The notes beneath the pieces are model-generated. The model was given only the letters and a program-made list of their open reading frames with translations. It was not told the DNA's origin and made no database searches. Position numbers and translations under genes: made by a program. Positions 61,971 through 64,000 of a stretch of DNA of 64,000 nucleotides are shown here, piece by piece (within the stretch, counting starts at the first letter, position 1; each line of letters opens with the position of its first letter). Source of the DNA: an uncultured bacterium (lineage in GTDB: Bacteria > Eisenbacteria > RBG-16-71-46); NCBI GenBank assembly GCA_964655175.1, contig CAZZLY010000001.1, positions 5,006 through 69,005 of the forward strand. The letters are read 5' to 3'.

Positions 61971-62996
61971 ATGCTGATCGATCTCGCTCGAATCCACTGT
62001 CAGGCCGGCCGCGGCGGCGCCGGGTGCATCAGCTTCCGCCGCGAGAAGTACGTGCCCAAGGGCGGACCCGACGGCGGGGACGGCGGCAAGGGAGGCGACT
62101 GCTGGATCGAGGTGGACCCGCACGTGCGCACGCTGCTCGACTGTCGTGAGCGGCCGCAGTACCGCGCCGGGCACGGTCGGCCGGGTTCGGGCAACAACAG
62201 CAGCGGCAAGGCGGGCGAGGACCTCGTCATCGCCGTGCCCGCGGGCACCGTGGTCAAGGACGCCGAGACCGGCGAGATCCTGGCGGACCTCGTGGCGGTG
62301 GGCGATCGCTATCGCGTCGCCAAGGGTGGGCGTGGCGGCCGTGGCAACGCGCGCTTCGCCAGTCCCACGCATCAGGCGCCACGCCGCGCCGATCCGGGCG
62401 AGGAGGGCACCGAGCAGGCGGTCGAGCTCGAGCTCAAGCTGATCGCCGACGTCGGTCTGGTGGGGCTGCCCAACGCCGGCAAGAGCACGTTGCTGTCGCG
62501 CATCTCGCGCGCACGGCCCAAGATCGCCGACTACCCGTTCACGACGCTCGAGCCCAACCTGGGCATCGTCGCGCTCGAGGACCATCGCACCTTCGTCGTC
62601 GCCGACCTGCCCGGGCTCATCGAGGGCGCGCACGAGGGCAAGGGCTTGGGGCTGCAGTTCCTGCGCCACGTCGAGCGCACCAGCGTGCTGCTGTTCCTGG
62701 TGGATGCGGCCAGCGAGGACCCCGCGGGGACCCTGGCGTTGCTCCAACGCGAGATCGAGGGGTACAGTCCGGCCCTTGCCGAGAAGCCCTTCCTCGTGGC
62801 GCTCAGCAAGGCGGACCTGCTCCCGCCCGAGGAGCACGCCCAAGCCGCCGAGCGTCTCGGGCTGCCCGGGGCCCGGCTCATGAGTGCGCACAGCGGTGCG
62901 GGGCTCAAGGATCTGCTCGAGGAACTGTGGCGCATGCTGCCGGTGACCACCGCCCCCCAGGACGACGAGGCGCGCGGAGACGACGATGACCGATGA
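61971..62996 (+). CDS. obg: GTPase Obg/CgtA.
   Basis: Gly-rich Obg fold (GGKGGDCWIEVD; KGGRGGRGNARF). G-domain motifs G1 GLPNAGKST, G3 DLPGLIEGA and G4. Confidence 0.9.
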   Translation: MLIDLARIHCQAGRGGAGCISFRREKYVPKGGPDGGDGGKGGDCWIEVDPHVRTLLDCRERPQYRAGHGRPGSGNNSSGKAGEDLVIAVPAGTVVKDAETGEILADLVAVGDRYRVAKGGRGGRGNARFASPTHQAPRRADPGEEGTEQAVELELKLIADVGLVGLPNAGKSTLLSRISRARPKIADYPFTTLEPNLGIVALEDHRTFVVADLPGLIEGAHEGKGLGLQFLRHVERTSVLLFLVDAASEDPAGTLALLQREIEGYSPALAEKPFLVALSKADLLPPEEHAQAAERLGLPGARLMSAHSGAGLKDLLEELWRMLPVTTAPQDDEARGDDDDR

Positions 62997-63654
62997 CCGT
63001 TCCGTCGCGGGACGCATCCCCGAGGCGATGAGCATGCGGGGTCTGGCGGGCAAGCGCGATTACGTGCGCTCGCTCGAGACCCGGCGCGACGAGGAGGCGA
63101 TGTCGCTCCTCATCGAGTGTCTGTGCGACGAGTCGTGGTACCTGCGCGAACTCGCCGAGGAGGCCCTGTTCCGGATCGGCGCGCGCAGTGGTCCGGCGCT
63201 CGTGCCGCTGCTCGATCAGGGGCTGTGGTTCTCGCGCGCGAGCGCGGCGCGCGTGCTCGGTCGCATCGGGCACGTCGCGGCCACCGGCGCGCTGGTCACG
63301 CTGACCGAGGATCCGGTCCACACCGTGCGGCAGGAGGCGTACGCCACGCTCGCGGTGCTCGCGGGCAAGGGCGGGCGCGTGCGTCTCGCCTGGGCGCTCC
63401 AGCAGTTGCCCGCGGAGCGGCGTGCCGAACGGCTCGAGCGTCTGGCGCTCGTCGACCGTGTGCTCGCCGAACGACTGCAGCGGCTGTTCGAACGCGACGA
63501 ACTGCGAACGGCCACGGACCCCGAGGGCCTGCGCGACGACGCACCGTGGGTGCGCGCGTGCGAGGAGGGACAGACATGGGACGATCTCCCGTCCGCGCCC
63601 CCGGGACGATCCGCGACGCCGCCGGCACGACCGGAAACCGCGGCCCAGCAATGA
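62986..63654 (+). CDS. HEAT/PBS-lyase-like repeat protein.
   Basis: Repeated helical units (WYLRELAEEALFRIG; WFSRASAARVLGRIGH; HTVRQEAYATLAVL). Start uncertain, with ATG alternatives at 63028 and 63034. Confidence 0.4.
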   Translation: MTDDRSVAGRIPEAMSMRGLAGKRDYVRSLETRRDEEAMSLLIECLCDESWYLRELAEEALFRIGARSGPALVPLLDQGLWFSRASAARVLGRIGHVAATGALVTLTEDPVHTVRQEAYATLAVLAGKGGRVRLAWALQQLPAERRAERLERLALVDRVLAERLQRLFERDELRTATDPEGLRDDAPWVRACEEGQTWDDLPSAPPGRSATPPARPETAAQQ

Positions 63655-64000
63655 GGCTCCTGCGCGACGCGCCGCCGACGGCGGGCGTGTGGCGCTGCGA
63701 GCGGGGGAGCGCGCACTGGCCGGCGGCCCTCGAGGCGCTGCGCCCACCCCCGACGGGGCTGTGGCTGCATGGGGACGCACTGCCCGAGGCGGGACGCACC
63801 GTCGCGGTGGTGGGGTCGCGCAGCGCGACCGCCTATGGGCGGACGATCGCCGCACGACTCGCGCGCGATCTCGTGGCGCGCGGTCTCGTCGTGGTCAGCG
63901 GTCTGGCGCACGGCATCGATGCGGCGGCGCACGAGGGCGCGCTCGAGGGCGGTGGGCGCACCGTGGCGGTGATCGCCTCGGGCGTCACGCAGCCCACGCC
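63651..64000 (+). CDS. dprA: DNA processing protein DprA. It is 3'-truncated by the window edge.
   Basis: VAVVGSRSATAYGRTIAARLARDLVARGLVVVSGLAHGIDAAAHEGAL is the Rossmann-like DprA core. The ATG overlaps the upstream stop (ATGA). There is no stop before the window end. Confidence 0.75.
   Translation, partial: MRLLRDAPPTAGVWRCERGSAHWPAALEALRPPPTGLWLHGDALPEAGRTVAVVGSRSATAYGRTIAARLARDLVARGLVVVSGLAHGIDAAAHEGALEGGGRTVAVIASGVTQPT

Overview
This is a very high-GC window of roughly 70% G+C, and its gene content resembles a Gemmatimonadota or other FCB-group genome. Almost every real gene is on the + strand, packed tightly with many ATGA, GTGA or TGATG stop/start overlaps. The only convincing minus-strand gene is the lipoprotein at 1757..2206. 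The other long minus-strand ORFs in the track are Arg/Ala/Gly-rich antisense artefacts of the GC content. The window reads as six blocks.

(1) Envelope proteins at the 5' end: a 5'-truncated FG-GAP/FN3 secreted protein with a Por-type C-terminal domain, then a small lipoprotein on the opposite strand, then an M23 peptidase.

(2) A housekeeping block: dnaE, accA (its GTG start overlaps the dnaE stop) and a 55-aa Trm112-like ORF that the ORF track misses.

(3) A type IX secretion-like cargo and processing island at about 9.4-26.1 kb. It contains a very large C25 (gingipain/PorU-like) cysteine peptidase. Downstream are a FadL/PorV-like beta-barrel, an M6-like HExxH metalloprotease with FG-GAP repeats, two tandem DUF5683-like paralogs, an NHL-repeat protein, a 1114-aa putative outer-membrane protein translationally coupled to an Omp85 (BamA/TamA/TpsB-like) protein, and a DinG-family helicase. 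Three of these proteins end in the same ~80-aa Por-secretion-tail-like C-terminal domain.

(4) A histidine utilisation operon, hutH-hutU-hutI, followed by a bifunctional formimidoyltransferase-cyclodeaminase (ftcD) in place of hutG. After it come a TPR protein, a PHP phosphoesterase and a putative outer-membrane protein.

(5) A complete type IV pilus supercluster whose gene order is almost that of Myxococcus xanthus: comEA, pilB, pilT, pilC, pilS, pilR, a sigma-54 promoter, two tandem divergent cysteine-free pilin genes separated by hairpins, an ABC transporter in the PilGHI position, pilM, pilN, pilO, pilP, pilQ, a strong terminator and aroK. No prepilin peptidase pilD is present.

(6) Housekeeping genes at the 3' end: a lipoprotein with a LolA-like protein, rsmD-coaD, a pta-like gene, an FmdB zinc ribbon, an aconitase-X-like protein, obg, a HEAT-repeat protein and a 3'-truncated dprA.

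I found no rRNA, tRNA, CRISPR array or obvious mobile element. The T9SS-like island is the strongest candidate for an unusual system, and the Myxococcus-style pilus locus with duplicated cysteine-free pilins comes second.
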